Assembly: GCA_031414535.1 (NCBI GenBank)
Contig: JANNVQ010000019.1
Span: forward strand, 1-38,372
Length of the DNA: 38,372 nt
Reading direction: 5' to 3'
Source: Gemmatimonas sp.
GTDB lineage: Bacteria; Gemmatimonadota; Gemmatimonadetes; Gemmatimonadales; Gemmatimonadaceae
The position numbers were made by a program, and so were the translations under genes. The stretch's first letter is position 1; every line of letters begins with the position of its first letter. Below, piece after piece: positions 1-7,836 of this stretch. Below the pieces are notes generated by a model. That model was given only the letters and a program-made list of their open reading frames with translations. It searched no databases and was not told where the DNA came from.

Positions 1-42
1 TTCGGCGTCGACGACCTTCTTGGTCTTCTTTCCGATAGCCAT
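1..42 (-). CDS. rpsK: 30S ribosomal protein S11, 5' fragment (runs off window)
   Basis: ATG at 42 overlaps the rpsM stop (TAATG). Translates [14 protein letters not shown]. This is the canonical position after rpsM. Confidence 0.85.
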   Translation of the reverse strand, partial: MAIGKKTKKVVDAE

Positions 43-419
43 TACTTGGTGACCTTCTTCTTGCCCGCGATCGCGCGGCGCGGCCCCTTCTTCGTGCGGG
101 CGTTGGTGTGCGTGCGCTGACCGCGAACCGGGAGGTTCGCGCGGTGACGGCGGCCACGATACGAGCCGATGTCCATGAGGCGCTTGATGTTCATCGCGAT
201 CTCGGTGCGCAGGGCACCCTCGACGCGCAATGTACGCTCAATCTCCTGACGGAGCTTGTTGACGTCTACGTCGTTGAGATCCCGGATGCGCTGCTCGGGG
301 TTCACCCCGGTCGCTTCGAGAATCTTGCGCGAAGTTACGCGCCCGATGCCGTAGATGTAGGTCAGGCCGATCTCGACCTTCTTGTCGCGCGGAAGATCCA
401 CGCCGGAAATACGAGCCAT
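42..419 (-). CDS. rpsM: 30S ribosomal protein S13
   Basis: [43 protein letters not shown] signature. Confidence 0.99.
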   Translation of the reverse strand: MARISGVDLPRDKKVEIGLTYIYGIGRVTSRKILEATGVNPEQRIRDLNDVDVNKLRQEIERTLRVEGALRTEIAMNIKRLMDIGSYRGRRHRANLPVRGQRTHTNARTKKGPRRAIAGKKKVTK

Positions 420-425
420 TTTTAG

Positions 426-542
426 TTAACCCTGACGCTGCTTGTGCTTTGGATTGCGCTTGCAAATGATGCGCGTGACACCTGCACGCTTCACCACTTT
501 GCAGTGCTCGCAGATCGGCTTGACGCTGCTACGAACCTTCAC
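426..542 (-). CDS. rpmJ: 50S ribosomal protein L36 (Zn-binding C+ type)
   Basis: GTG start at 542 with GGAG SD 5 nt upstream. [38 protein letters not shown]. Confidence 0.98.
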   Translation of the reverse strand: MKVRSSVKPICEHCKVVKRAGVTRIICKRNPKHKQRQG

Positions 543-605
543 GGGAACTCCGAACGGGACGATGTACAGAAGTCGTTGAAACTGCCCCGTTTGGGGCAGA
601 CCCAT

Positions 606-634
606 AGGATAGTCGAGGGAGGGCCTTGACACAA
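606..634 (-). promoter_or_regulatory. sigma70-type promoter of rpmJ-rpsM-rpsK
   Basis: Minus strand TTGTGT-17 nt-TATCCT, followed by a leader hairpin CTGCCCC/GGGGCAG (582-599). Confidence 0.6.
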
Positions 635-670
635 GGGGCGGACTGACGTGTACGAAAAGGACTGCAAACG

Positions 671-721
671 GACGGAAGACGGAAGACGGATGCTAAAAGC
701 GCCCGTCATCCGTCTTCCGTC
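671..721. repeat. GACGGA(A/T) heptamer-repeat hairpin
   Basis: 3 tandem heptamers at 671-691. 678-692 is the perfect reverse complement of 707-721 (15-bp stem). Lies just past the pyrF stop. Confidence 0.85.
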
Positions 722-724
722 CCG

Positions 725-1414
725 TCAGCTGAGCGCGGCCAGAATCCCCGCCAGCACTTCCGCCGGCTGAGCGGCCTCGGTTACGGCTCTACCCAGCACC
801 AAATACGCCGCTCCGTCCTCGGCGGCCTTCTCAGGGGTCGTGATCCGGGCCTGGTCGTGGCTGGCACCGCCCGCCAAGCGGATCCCCGGCACCAAGGGCT
901 TGAGTCGCGGGTAGCTGGCCCGCGCCGCGCGCACCTCGTGCCCCGAACACACGATGCCATGGGCCCCAGCGACGTCTGCCAGCTGGGCGAGTCGGAGGAC
1001 TTCCCCACCCATCTCTGGTGCCTCTCGTCCGAGTGCCACACCGAGAGAGGCTGCATCAAAGCTGGTGAGGACGGTCACCACGAGGATGCCCGTCTCCGTG
1101 CCTGCACCCTCAACCGCCGCGCCGACCATCGCGGCACCGCCATAGCCATGCACCGTGAGCAGCGAGGCACCCATGCTCGAGGCCGAGCGCGCCGCACCGC
1201 GAACGGTGTTGGGAATGTCGTGCAGCTTGAGGTCTAGGAATACGCGCTTCCCCGCCCCGCGCAGCCATTCCACAACCTTGGGCCCCTCGGCAGTGAAGAG
1301 CTCGAGTCCCACCTTCACGTAGTCGGCTTGGGGGCCGAGGCGGTCAACGAGAGCCTGCGCTGCGGGGAGCGAGGGAACGTCGAGCGCGATGATCGGTTGA
1401 GCTCTAAGCGGCAT
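725..1414 (-). CDS. pyrF: orotidine-5'-phosphate decarboxylase
   Basis: IIALD, KVGLEL, FLDLKLHDIPNTV, VPGIR, DQAR, VLGRAV motifs. Confidence 0.98.
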   Translation of the reverse strand: MPLRAQPIIALDVPSLPAAQALVDRLGPQADYVKVGLELFTAEGPKVVEWLRGAGKRVFLDLKLHDIPNTVRGAARSASSMGASLLTVHGYGGAAMVGAAVEGAGTETGILVVTVLTSFDAASLGVALGREAPEMGGEVLRLAQLADVAGAHGIVCSGHEVRAARASYPRLKPLVPGIRLAGGASHDQARITTPEKAAEDGAAYLVLGRAVTEAAQPAEVLAGILAALS

Positions 1415-1419
1415 TACTG

Positions 1420-1457
1420 GACGGATGACGGATGACGGATGATGGATGCTAAAGGCG
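1420..1457. repeat. GACGGAT heptamer tandem (4 units) plus GCTAAAGGCG tail
   Basis: GACGGAT x3 then GATGGAT at 1420-1447. The tail resembles GCTAAAAGCG after the repeat at 671. Confidence 0.85.
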
Positions 1458-1480
1458 AACGACGAATGGCTGACCGCGAA

Positions 1481-2407
1481 CTACGACGGCCACTTGAGTG
1501 TGCCGACGAGATCGGCAATTCTGGCGACGCTGTTCCGCTCACACCAGCGCTCGAGGTCTCGCACGATGCGTGAGGGCAGCTTGGGATCGGCGAGGCCGGC
1601 GGTGCCGATGGCCACAGCAGATGCGCCGGCAATCATGAACTGCAACACGTCACTGGCCTGTTGCACACCGCCGGCGCCGATGATTGGCACCTGCACGGCC
1701 TGACGCACGCGCCAGGTCGCGAGGACGCCCACGGCCAACAGGCCAGGCCCGCTCACGCCACCGGAGCCAAAGCCTAACATCGGCACGCGACGGTCCACGT
1801 CCACCACCATACCCGGAATCGTATTGATCACCGTGATGCCGCTGGCACCGGCATCAACCGCGCGCTTCGCCACCTCGCCAATTTGCGGCAGCGTTGGCGA
1901 AAGCTTCACGAACAAGGGCTTCTTGGTCGCCGCACGCGCGCCGGCAATCACCGTGTGCAGGGCCTGCGGATCAGCGCCGAACTCCATGCCACCCTGCTTC
2001 ACGTTGGGACAGGACACGTTGAGCTCGTAGCCGTGAAAGCCCGCCGCGTCATCCAGATGTGCCACGACCTCACCGAAATCTTCCGCGACCTTCCCCACCA
2101 CATTGATGAGGACGCGTGGGGCGCGAACATGAGTGGCAATCCACGGCAAGTCCTCTCGCTTCACCGCCTCCATTCCCGGATTGGCGAGACCGACCGCGTT
2201 GATCATGCCGCCATCGAAGTCGGCCACTCGGGGCGCCGGGGCACCTTTGCGCGCTTCTGGACTCACGGCCTTGGTGACGATGCCGCCCAACTCCTCGAGG
2301 AGCATCACATCCGCGAGTTCCCGTCCGTAGGCCGCGGTGCCGGCGGCGAGCAGAACCGGATTCGGGAAGTCGAGCCCGCAGGCGCTGACGGCGAGTCGGG
2401 CGGACAT
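1481..2407 (-). CDS. pyrD: dihydroorotate dehydrogenase, family 1 (1B catalytic subunit-like)
   Basis: NPVLLAAGT, INAVGLANPG, ELNVSCPN (catalytic Cys), VKLSP, INT, GGVSG, IIGAGG. Adjacent to pyrF. Confidence 0.96.
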   Translation of the reverse strand: MSARLAVSACGLDFPNPVLLAAGTAAYGRELADVMLLEELGGIVTKAVSPEARKGAPAPRVADFDGGMINAVGLANPGMEAVKREDLPWIATHVRAPRVLINVVGKVAEDFGEVVAHLDDAAGFHGYELNVSCPNVKQGGMEFGADPQALHTVIAGARAATKKPLFVKLSPTLPQIGEVAKRAVDAGASGITVINTIPGMVVDVDRRVPMLGFGSGGVSGPGLLAVGVLATWRVRQAVQVPIIGAGGVQQASDVLQFMIAGASAVAIGTAGLADPKLPSRIVRDLERWCERNSVARIADLVGTLKWPS

Positions 2408-3756
2408 TAGCGATCCGCGGTGCGCGTGCGACGCTCGTAATGGCGCAAATACTCCATCACCGCGTCAGCGAGCGATTCGGCAATCTCACGTTGACCCGCG
2501 ACGCTGGCCATCCAGCGGGCGTCTTCCACGTTCGTACCAAAGCCAACTTCCACGAGAATGGCCGGCATATACGCGCGCGCCAGAACTGCAAATCCAGCCT
2601 GTTTCACTCCGCGGCTGGGCCCCGGGTGCTTGCCCGACAGCGACGCTTGCACCACCTGTGCCAAGTCCGCAGACTCGCGCAGATGTTCGTTTTGCGCGAT
2701 GTCATTCAGGATGAATCCCAGCGGATCGCCCTTGTCCGGATCGGCCTCGGTCTCAAAGCGCACCACTTCATTCTCCATCGCCGCCACACGACGCTCATCT
2801 TCCGTGCGGGCCGTGGCCAGGAAGTACGTCTCGACGCCTCGCACGGCGGACCCGTTGCGCCAGTTGGGATTGGCGGCATTGGTGTGGAGCGAGATGAAGA
2901 GATCTGCACGTCGCCGATTTGCAATCGGTCCGCGGTCGTCGCGCGCGATGAGCGTGTCGGCATCGCGCGTCATGACCACATGCAGTCCGCGCGAGCGCAG
3001 TTCGCTCTCCACTCGCTTCGCCATCGCGAGCGTAAGCCGCGCCTCATTGACCCGGCGTCCATTGAGGATGACGCCGGGATTGCCGGGATCCACGCCGCCA
3101 TGGCCCGCATCGAGGGCCACCGTGTAGCGCCGCGAGAGACCGAGCGGCGCATTGGGATCAACGGCGCGTGGCGGCGTGCTCGTCACAGCCGGCGCCGGAG
3201 CTACAGGCGTGGTGCTGGCGACGGGCGCGGTACTGGCGACGGGCGTGGTCGGCGTCCGCCCCGGCTGCGCCGCAGGTGTCGGCGGGGGAGTACGCCGCGC
3301 GATGGACTGGAAAAGGCGCACTTCCCAACGCGCGCGGTCCCACAACACGCCAATGCCAAAACGCGGAATGATTTCACTAAACAATTGGAGCGGCACGTAG
3401 ACCGCTCCCTCGTGAATGACGGTCGCCTCATGCAAGGGCAAGGTGAAGCCATTGTAGGCGGCGTACGGCATGCCCGCCTGCAGTTCGATGGACGCACCCG
3501 AGAGTACGAATCGCCAGCGCTCGAACGCAATAGAATCCACCGCGCCGCCAAGGAGCCGCGCCATCAGGTCCAAGCGTACGCGTCCGCCACCGTCACTCGG
3601 CAGCAGCGAGATCACCGTGTCGCCCGCGACGCCACGCACGCGAATCACATTTCCCGGCGGTGGTGAGGCTGCGGCCGCAATCGTCAGCGTCGCAACGAGC
3701 GCTATGCCTACCCGCTTCAGGCCACAGTCAAAAGCACGATTCATCGCGGCGTTCAT
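2407..3756 (-). CDS. N-acetylmuramoyl-L-alanine amidase (Amidase_3) with signal peptide and Pro/Thr linker
   Basis: LDAGHGG..PG, NE, FISLHTNA, GVETY, GVKQAGFAVL, LVEVGF Zn-amidase motifs. ATGA overlap with smpB and TAATG overlap with pyrD. Exact start uncertain. Confidence 0.93.
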   Translation of the reverse strand: MNAAMNRAFDCGLKRVGIALVATLTIAAAASPPPGNVIRVRGVAGDTVISLLPSDGGGRVRLDLMARLLGGAVDSIAFERWRFVLSGASIELQAGMPYAAYNGFTLPLHEATVIHEGAVYVPLQLFSEIIPRFGIGVLWDRARWEVRLFQSIARRTPPPTPAAQPGRTPTTPVASTAPVASTTPVAPAPAVTSTPPRAVDPNAPLGLSRRYTVALDAGHGGVDPGNPGVILNGRRVNEARLTLAMAKRVESELRSRGLHVVMTRDADTLIARDDRGPIANRRRADLFISLHTNAANPNWRNGSAVRGVETYFLATARTEDERRVAAMENEVVRFETEADPDKGDPLGFILNDIAQNEHLRESADLAQVVQASLSGKHPGPSRGVKQAGFAVLARAYMPAILVEVGFGTNVEDARWMASVAGQREIAESLADAVMEYLRHYERRTRTADR

Positions 3757-4229
3757 CGCGTGCTCCGCAACGCCCGCTGAACGTCGCGTGCGTCATCGCG
3801 TTCCTTGAGGTCGGCACGCTTGTCGTGCAGCTTCTTGCCGCGTCCGAGCCCAATCTTGATTTTGGCGCGACCGTGTTTGAAGTAGAGATCGAGTGCAATC
3901 AAGGTCAGCCCCTTGCGCTCCACCGCACCGATGAGCGCACGAATCTCCTTGGCGTTCAGGAGCATCTTCCGCGTGCGCGTCGGTTCGTGATTCCAGATGT
4001 TCCCGCGCTCATACGGCGCGATGTGCGCATTGAGCAGCCAAACCTCTCCATCCTTGATGATGCCGTAGGCGTCGGTGATCTGCGCACGCCCATCGCGCAG
4101 GGCCTTCACCTCGGTACCGGTCAGCACGAGCCCCGCCTCCCACGTCTCGATGATCTCGTAGTCGTGGCGGGCGCGTTTGTTCCGAGCGATCGGTTCGATC
4201 GCGTCGTCAGGGGCCGGCGTGGTATTCAC
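3753..4229 (-). CDS. smpB: SsrA-binding protein
   Basis: IARNKRARHDY, EAGLVLTGTEVKALR, GRGKKLHDKR. GTG at 4229 preferred over 4274 because the longer start overlaps the tRNA promoter. Confidence 0.97.
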   Translation of the reverse strand: MNTTPAPDDAIEPIARNKRARHDYEIIETWEAGLVLTGTEVKALRDGRAQITDAYGIIKDGEVWLLNAHIAPYERGNIWNHEPTRTRKMLLNAKEIRALIGAVERKGLTLIALDLYFKHGRAKIKIGLGRGKKLHDKRADLKERDDARDVQRALRSTR

Positions 4230-4254
4230 AGTCTCGAAGGATGACGATTCAGCG

Positions 4255-4284
4255 TTGACTTGGGTATCCGCCACCGACTACGTT
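4255..4284 (+). promoter_or_regulatory. sigma70-type promoter of tRNA-Leu
   Basis: TTGACT-18 nt-TACGTT, ending 10 nt before the tRNA 5' end. Confidence 0.6.
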
Positions 4285-4294
4285 CCCTGTCCTA

Positions 4295-4378
4295 GCCGAA
4301 GTGGTGGAATTGGTAGACGCGCTGCGTTCAGGGCGCAGTGGGCGCAAGCCCGTGCGGGTTCGAGTCCCGCCTTCGGCA
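4295..4378 (+). tRNA. tRNA-Leu(CAG)
   Basis: GCCGAAG/CTTCGGC acceptor stem, GGAATTGGTAGAC D-arm, CTGCG-TTCAGGG-CGCAG anticodon arm, long variable arm, GGTTCGAGTCC T-arm, discriminator A, no encoded CCA. Confidence 0.97.
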
Positions 4379-4388
4379 CTTGGAAAAT

Positions 4389-4409
4389 GACGGATGAAGG
4401 ATGACGGAA
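4389..4409. repeat. GACGGAT-type heptamer tandem (3 units)
   Basis: GACGGAT GAAGGAT GACGGAA between the tRNA and its terminator. Confidence 0.7.
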
Positions 4410-4412
4410 GAT

Positions 4413-4446
4413 AAAAGAAGGCCGCCCTCGGGCGGCCTTTTGTCTT
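4413..4446. terminator. probable bidirectional intrinsic terminator
   Basis: AAAAG-AAGGCCGCCC TC GGGCGGCCTT-TTGTCTT, between convergent tRNA-Leu and the gene ending at 4452. Confidence 0.8.
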
Positions 4447-4451
4447 ACCCC

Positions 4452-5021
4452 TCACTCGGCCCGTAGGACCGATGGCGGGACATCCTCGGGGAGCTTGGCC
4501 TCACCGTAGGCCTTTCTGAGCAACGTTGCCGCATCGTCGGCGTACTTCTCAAGCAACTCAATCGCGTACGCGAGTGGTGCGCCGGCCGTGCGTGCACCGT
4601 CGCTCGCGAAGGCGAGTAGACAGCGCCCGACCGCGTCGGCGCTGGAGATGGGACCGCCACGCAACTGCAACGCTTCCCGATATGCCATCAGACGTTCGTT
4701 GAACTGCTCGGCCGCCAACTCGCGCCGATTCTCGGCGATTCGCGGGTCCCGTTCCAACATCGCCGTGATGGCCTGCGCAATCTCCGCCGAGGTACGATCA
4801 TCGAGGGCGTCGCGCTGCGCGGTCAGCAAGCCGAGCGCGGCACGAGCGTAGCGCAGTTCCCATCGCGCATGATCCTCGTCACCATTCGCGGCGGCTTCTG
4901 CGAGCCACGCCACATCAGCCAAATCCGGCTCACGGCCAAGGCCGACTGCGATGGACTTGGCGCGCCTTTCCCGCTCACGCGCCGTGCGCCAGGCCGCCGT
5001 GAAGGGGAGCGCCACGCTCAT
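4452..5021 (-). CDS. hypothetical helical protein (189 aa)
   Basis: ATGA overlap with the Rrf2 stop. Fills the gap to the terminator. No motif recognised. Confidence 0.8.
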   Translation of the reverse strand: MSVALPFTAAWRTARERERRAKSIAVGLGREPDLADVAWLAEAAANGDEDHARWELRYARAALGLLTAQRDALDDRTSAEIAQAITAMLERDPRIAENRRELAAEQFNERLMAYREALQLRGGPISSADAVGRCLLAFASDGARTAGAPLAYAIELLEKYADDAATLLRKAYGEAKLPEDVPPSVLRAE

Positions 5022-5473
5022 CCCTGCAGGACAGGGAGACCAACCTTGCGACGAACTTCAACCTCTGCGCCCAGCAAGTCCGACAGGCGCACGGACTCGA
5101 GTACTTCGTCAATCCGCTTCTGGAGCATCATCCATACAGGGCGGATACTGCAGTCGCAGGCTTGGGCACAGCGCTCCGAATCAAGCGGATGCGTTTCACA
5201 ATGCAAGTCAAAGGTCACGAGTTCGGCGGCCGTGATGATCTCGCGCACAGTGATCTCGCTGGCCGAACGTGCGAGGGCATAGCCACCCTTGGCGCCGCGG
5301 GTGCTCTGCACGATGCCTGCGCGGCGCAGACGCAAGAGAATCTGCTCCACGTAATCGCCGGGGAGCTTTTCCTTGGCCGCGACGTCCCGTCCGGTCACTG
5401 GACCGTCGGCAGTGCGGCGCGCCAAGTGCAAGGCGCAGATGACTCCGTATTCGGCCCAGGTGGTGATTCGCAT
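5018..5473 (-). CDS. Rrf2-family transcriptional regulator (IscR/CymR-like, Cys-containing)
   Basis: MRITT..EYG, YVEQILLRLRRAGIVQSTRGAKGGYAL, ITVREII. C-terminal Cys cluster HC-x9-C-x3-C-x-C. Confidence 0.95.
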   Translation of the reverse strand: MRITTWAEYGVICALHLARRTADGPVTGRDVAAKEKLPGDYVEQILLRLRRAGIVQSTRGAKGGYALARSASEITVREIITAAELVTFDLHCETHPLDSERCAQACDCSIRPVWMMLQKRIDEVLESVRLSDLLGAEVEVRRKVGLPVLQG

Positions 5474-5479
5474 AGGTCA

Positions 5480-5508
5480 AAGATGCCCCAAAAGAGCTAT
5501 CGGGACAA
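5480..5508 (-). promoter_or_regulatory. promoter of rrf2 (likely leaderless) overlapped by an imperfect palindrome
   Basis: TTGTCC-17 nt-CATCTT-6 nt-ATG. TGTCCCGATAGCTCTTTTGGGGCA is an imperfect inverted repeat. Confidence 0.6.
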
Positions 5509-5543
5509 GCGTTGTCGGCTACCTGCGGGTTAGGGTCGAGCCG

Positions 5544-6944
5544 TCAACCCTGCCCCTCGGCGCTTGGTAGCCCTGGTTCGGTCATGCGGCGGAGGTCTAG
5601 CAGGGCGTCGGCTTCGCTTGGGGTAAGCAAGCCTTCGCGCAGCACCAACGCGCGAATGCTCTCGCCCGTCGCTATCGAGCGCTTAGTGAGCGCCGCCGCG
5701 GCGGCATAGCCAATCTTGGGCGCGAGCGCGGTGGCCAGCGCCGCCGAGCGTTCAACCCAGTAGGCGAGCTGTGCTGGGTTTGGGGACATGCCACGCACTG
5801 TCCGTTCGTCGAGCGCACGCGCTGCGTTCCCGAGGATTCGCAGTGAACTCAACAGATTATGCGCAATCACGGGCATCATCACGTTGAGCTCGAGCTGCCC
5901 CTGCTCCGCCGCTGCGCTCACTGTGGCATCGTGCCCAATGACCTGGAACACGACCTGGTTCACCATCTCCGGAACGCTGGGATTCACTTTGCCCGGCATG
6001 ATGCTGGAGCCCGGCTGCACCGCAGGCAGTCGCAACTCATCGAGCCCAGTGCGCGGCCCACTGGCCAGCAGGCGCAGATCACTCGCAATCTTGCCGAGGT
6101 CCAGCGCGAGCACGCGCCACGCTGCGCTCACCGCGGCCAAATCGCCCATGCTCTGCATCAACTGCACCTTGTCTGCCCCTTCTCGCAGTGGCAGCCCAGT
6201 CAATGCTGTGAGTTCCACGACCATCCGCGCGGCGTACTCAGCTTCGGCGTTCACTCCCGTTCCCACTGCGGTGCCGCCGATGCCAAGATCTAGCAGATAC
6301 TCTGCGGACTCCCGCACGCGGCGAACCCCACGTTCCAGCGAGCCAGCCCAAGCACCCACTTCCTGCCCGAGACGGATTGGCATCGCGTCCTGCAGATGCG
6401 TACGGCCTGCCTTCACGAGGTCGTCGAACTCATCGGCGCGAGCGCGGAGCGAGGCGGCGAGCACGTCAACGGCCCCAGTGGCATCGCGCAACACACTGAG
6501 CGCGGCGAGGCGCATCGCCGTAGGAAACACGTCATTGGTGGACTGCGCCGCATTGACGTGATCGTTGGGATGCACCGTGACGTCGCCAAGTTGCCTGGTG
6601 GCGAGCGTAGCCAGCACCTCGTTCACGTTCATGTGCAGCGAGGTGCCGGCGCCCGCCTGATACACATCCACTACGAACTGATCGCGATGCGCCCCGTGGA
6701 GCACGGCGTCGGCTGCCGCGATGATGGCGTCGGCGCGCGCGGCATCAAGGCGCCCGCTGCGCTTATGCACGGACGCCGCTGCGCGCTTGATGCGCACAAC
6801 GGCGTCAATGAGGGCCGGATCTGCCCTGAGACCGGAGATGGGGAAGTTCGCGAGTGCCCGTGCGGTCTGCGCGCCATAGAGCGCATCCGCGGGGACCTCC
6901 ACGGGTCCCAGAGGATCGTGCTCAGTACGCGTGGGCTTACGCAC
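5544..6944 (-). CDS. aspA: aspartate ammonia-lyase (class II fumarase/aspartase family)
   Basis: GSSIMPGKVNP signature, GRTHLQDA, QAGAGTS..MN.NE, QSTND, GQLELNVM. The family is secure, but AspA versus FumC is less so. Confidence 0.75.
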   Translation of the reverse strand: MRKPTRTEHDPLGPVEVPADALYGAQTARALANFPISGLRADPALIDAVVRIKRAAASVHKRSGRLDAARADAIIAAADAVLHGAHRDQFVVDVYQAGAGTSLHMNVNEVLATLATRQLGDVTVHPNDHVNAAQSTNDVFPTAMRLAALSVLRDATGAVDVLAASLRARADEFDDLVKAGRTHLQDAMPIRLGQEVGAWAGSLERGVRRVRESAEYLLDLGIGGTAVGTGVNAEAEYAARMVVELTALTGLPLREGADKVQLMQSMGDLAAVSAAWRVLALDLGKIASDLRLLASGPRTGLDELRLPAVQPGSSIMPGKVNPSVPEMVNQVVFQVIGHDATVSAAAEQGQLELNVMMPVIAHNLLSSLRILGNAARALDERTVRGMSPNPAQLAYWVERSAALATALAPKIGYAAAAALTKRSIATGESIRALVLREGLLTPSEADALLDLRRMTEPGLPSAEGQG

Positions 6945-6954
6945 GGGTCATCAC

Positions 6955-7746
6955 TCAGGGCGCGTCGATCAGCGACTTCGCGGGATACTCATAAATCGAG
7001 CGCACCTGCGTCCGGGTGCGGCCATCGAACTCCACTACGCGCTCGCGCACGCGAATAAATGCATAGTCCCTCGTCGTCGGCGAGGAGCTGCCGTACGCGT
7101 CGGCGAAGGGGATGGGAATCTGCGCACTGCCATCGTCCTCAAAGGCGCAAGCGATTTCCACGTTGGGCGCACTAGCCCCGGGCGCGGCGTTGTACCGCAA
7201 CGAGACCACCATGATGGAGCCTGGGAACGTGGCCGCTTGCCACGTAAGATTCATCGGCGTGTTGGTTACGTAGGCCGGCGGCGGGGCCGCCGTGAACGGT
7301 TCGGCGAGCCGCGCCTTCACCGACATCGCCTCAAAACCCCCGACGGCGCCAGGGATCGTGACGAGCGCCGAATCCCCGGTTGAGAAATCGAGGTAGCTGC
7401 CAGCGGCGAAGTTGTAAACCGGATACGTCGCGCCCTCAGCCGGCAAGGCGACTTCACTGAATGCGCCGATGGTGAAATTGACATTCGCGCCGGCATTGAG
7501 CGTCTGACCAAAGTTGTTGGTCGGGGCCGGGTCGTACGTGAAGAGCCCGCAATCCTGCAAGCCCGTTGGCCTGATCACTAGGCCGCGGGCACTGTAGAAC
7601 ACGGCCGAGCCGCGCACGACTGGCGTGCCACTGTTCGAGAAGGCGCGAACGGAAACGAGCCCAATACGCTCAGTAGATGAGAAATCGTCGCCGATGCAGG
7701 CGGTCAGCACGAGGAAGACAGGGGCAACAGCGAGAAACGCACGCAT
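6955..7746 (-). CDS. hypothetical lipoprotein
   Basis: MRAFLAVAPVFLVLTA-C lipobox, beta-rich body. ATG at 7746 chosen as start. Confidence 0.8.
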   Translation of the reverse strand: MRAFLAVAPVFLVLTACIGDDFSSTERIGLVSVRAFSNSGTPVVRGSAVFYSARGLVIRPTGLQDCGLFTYDPAPTNNFGQTLNAGANVNFTIGAFSEVALPAEGATYPVYNFAAGSYLDFSTGDSALVTIPGAVGGFEAMSVKARLAEPFTAAPPPAYVTNTPMNLTWQAATFPGSIMVVSLRYNAAPGASAPNVEIACAFEDDGSAQIPIPFADAYGSSSPTTRDYAFIRVRERVVEFDGRTRTQVRSIYEYPAKSLIDAP

Positions 7747-7836
7747 TGATGTCAGTGGGTCGAGAGGGCGAGTCACAGAAACATCTCGGTTCAATACATA
7801 CTACACCAGAGTCCGACGGCGTCACACGAGGTGCCT

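Noticed and set aside
626..655. Perfect TTGACA on the plus strand
   Set aside because: No convincing -10 at 16-18 nt and no plus-strand gene downstream.
3206..3249. 18-nt tandem repeat in the amidase gene
   Set aside because: It encodes an ordinary low-complexity PVAST linker.
2440..3666. 408-aa plus-strand ORF (also 28465-29685, 34349-35374, 35278-36180 and similar)
   Set aside because: These are antisense shadows of well-supported genes, expected from high-GC codon bias, with no recognisable motifs.
4295..4446. tRNA-Leu or tRNA-Ala as an island integration site
   Set aside because: No integrase and no duplicated tRNA 3' end was seen, and the flanking genes are housekeeping.
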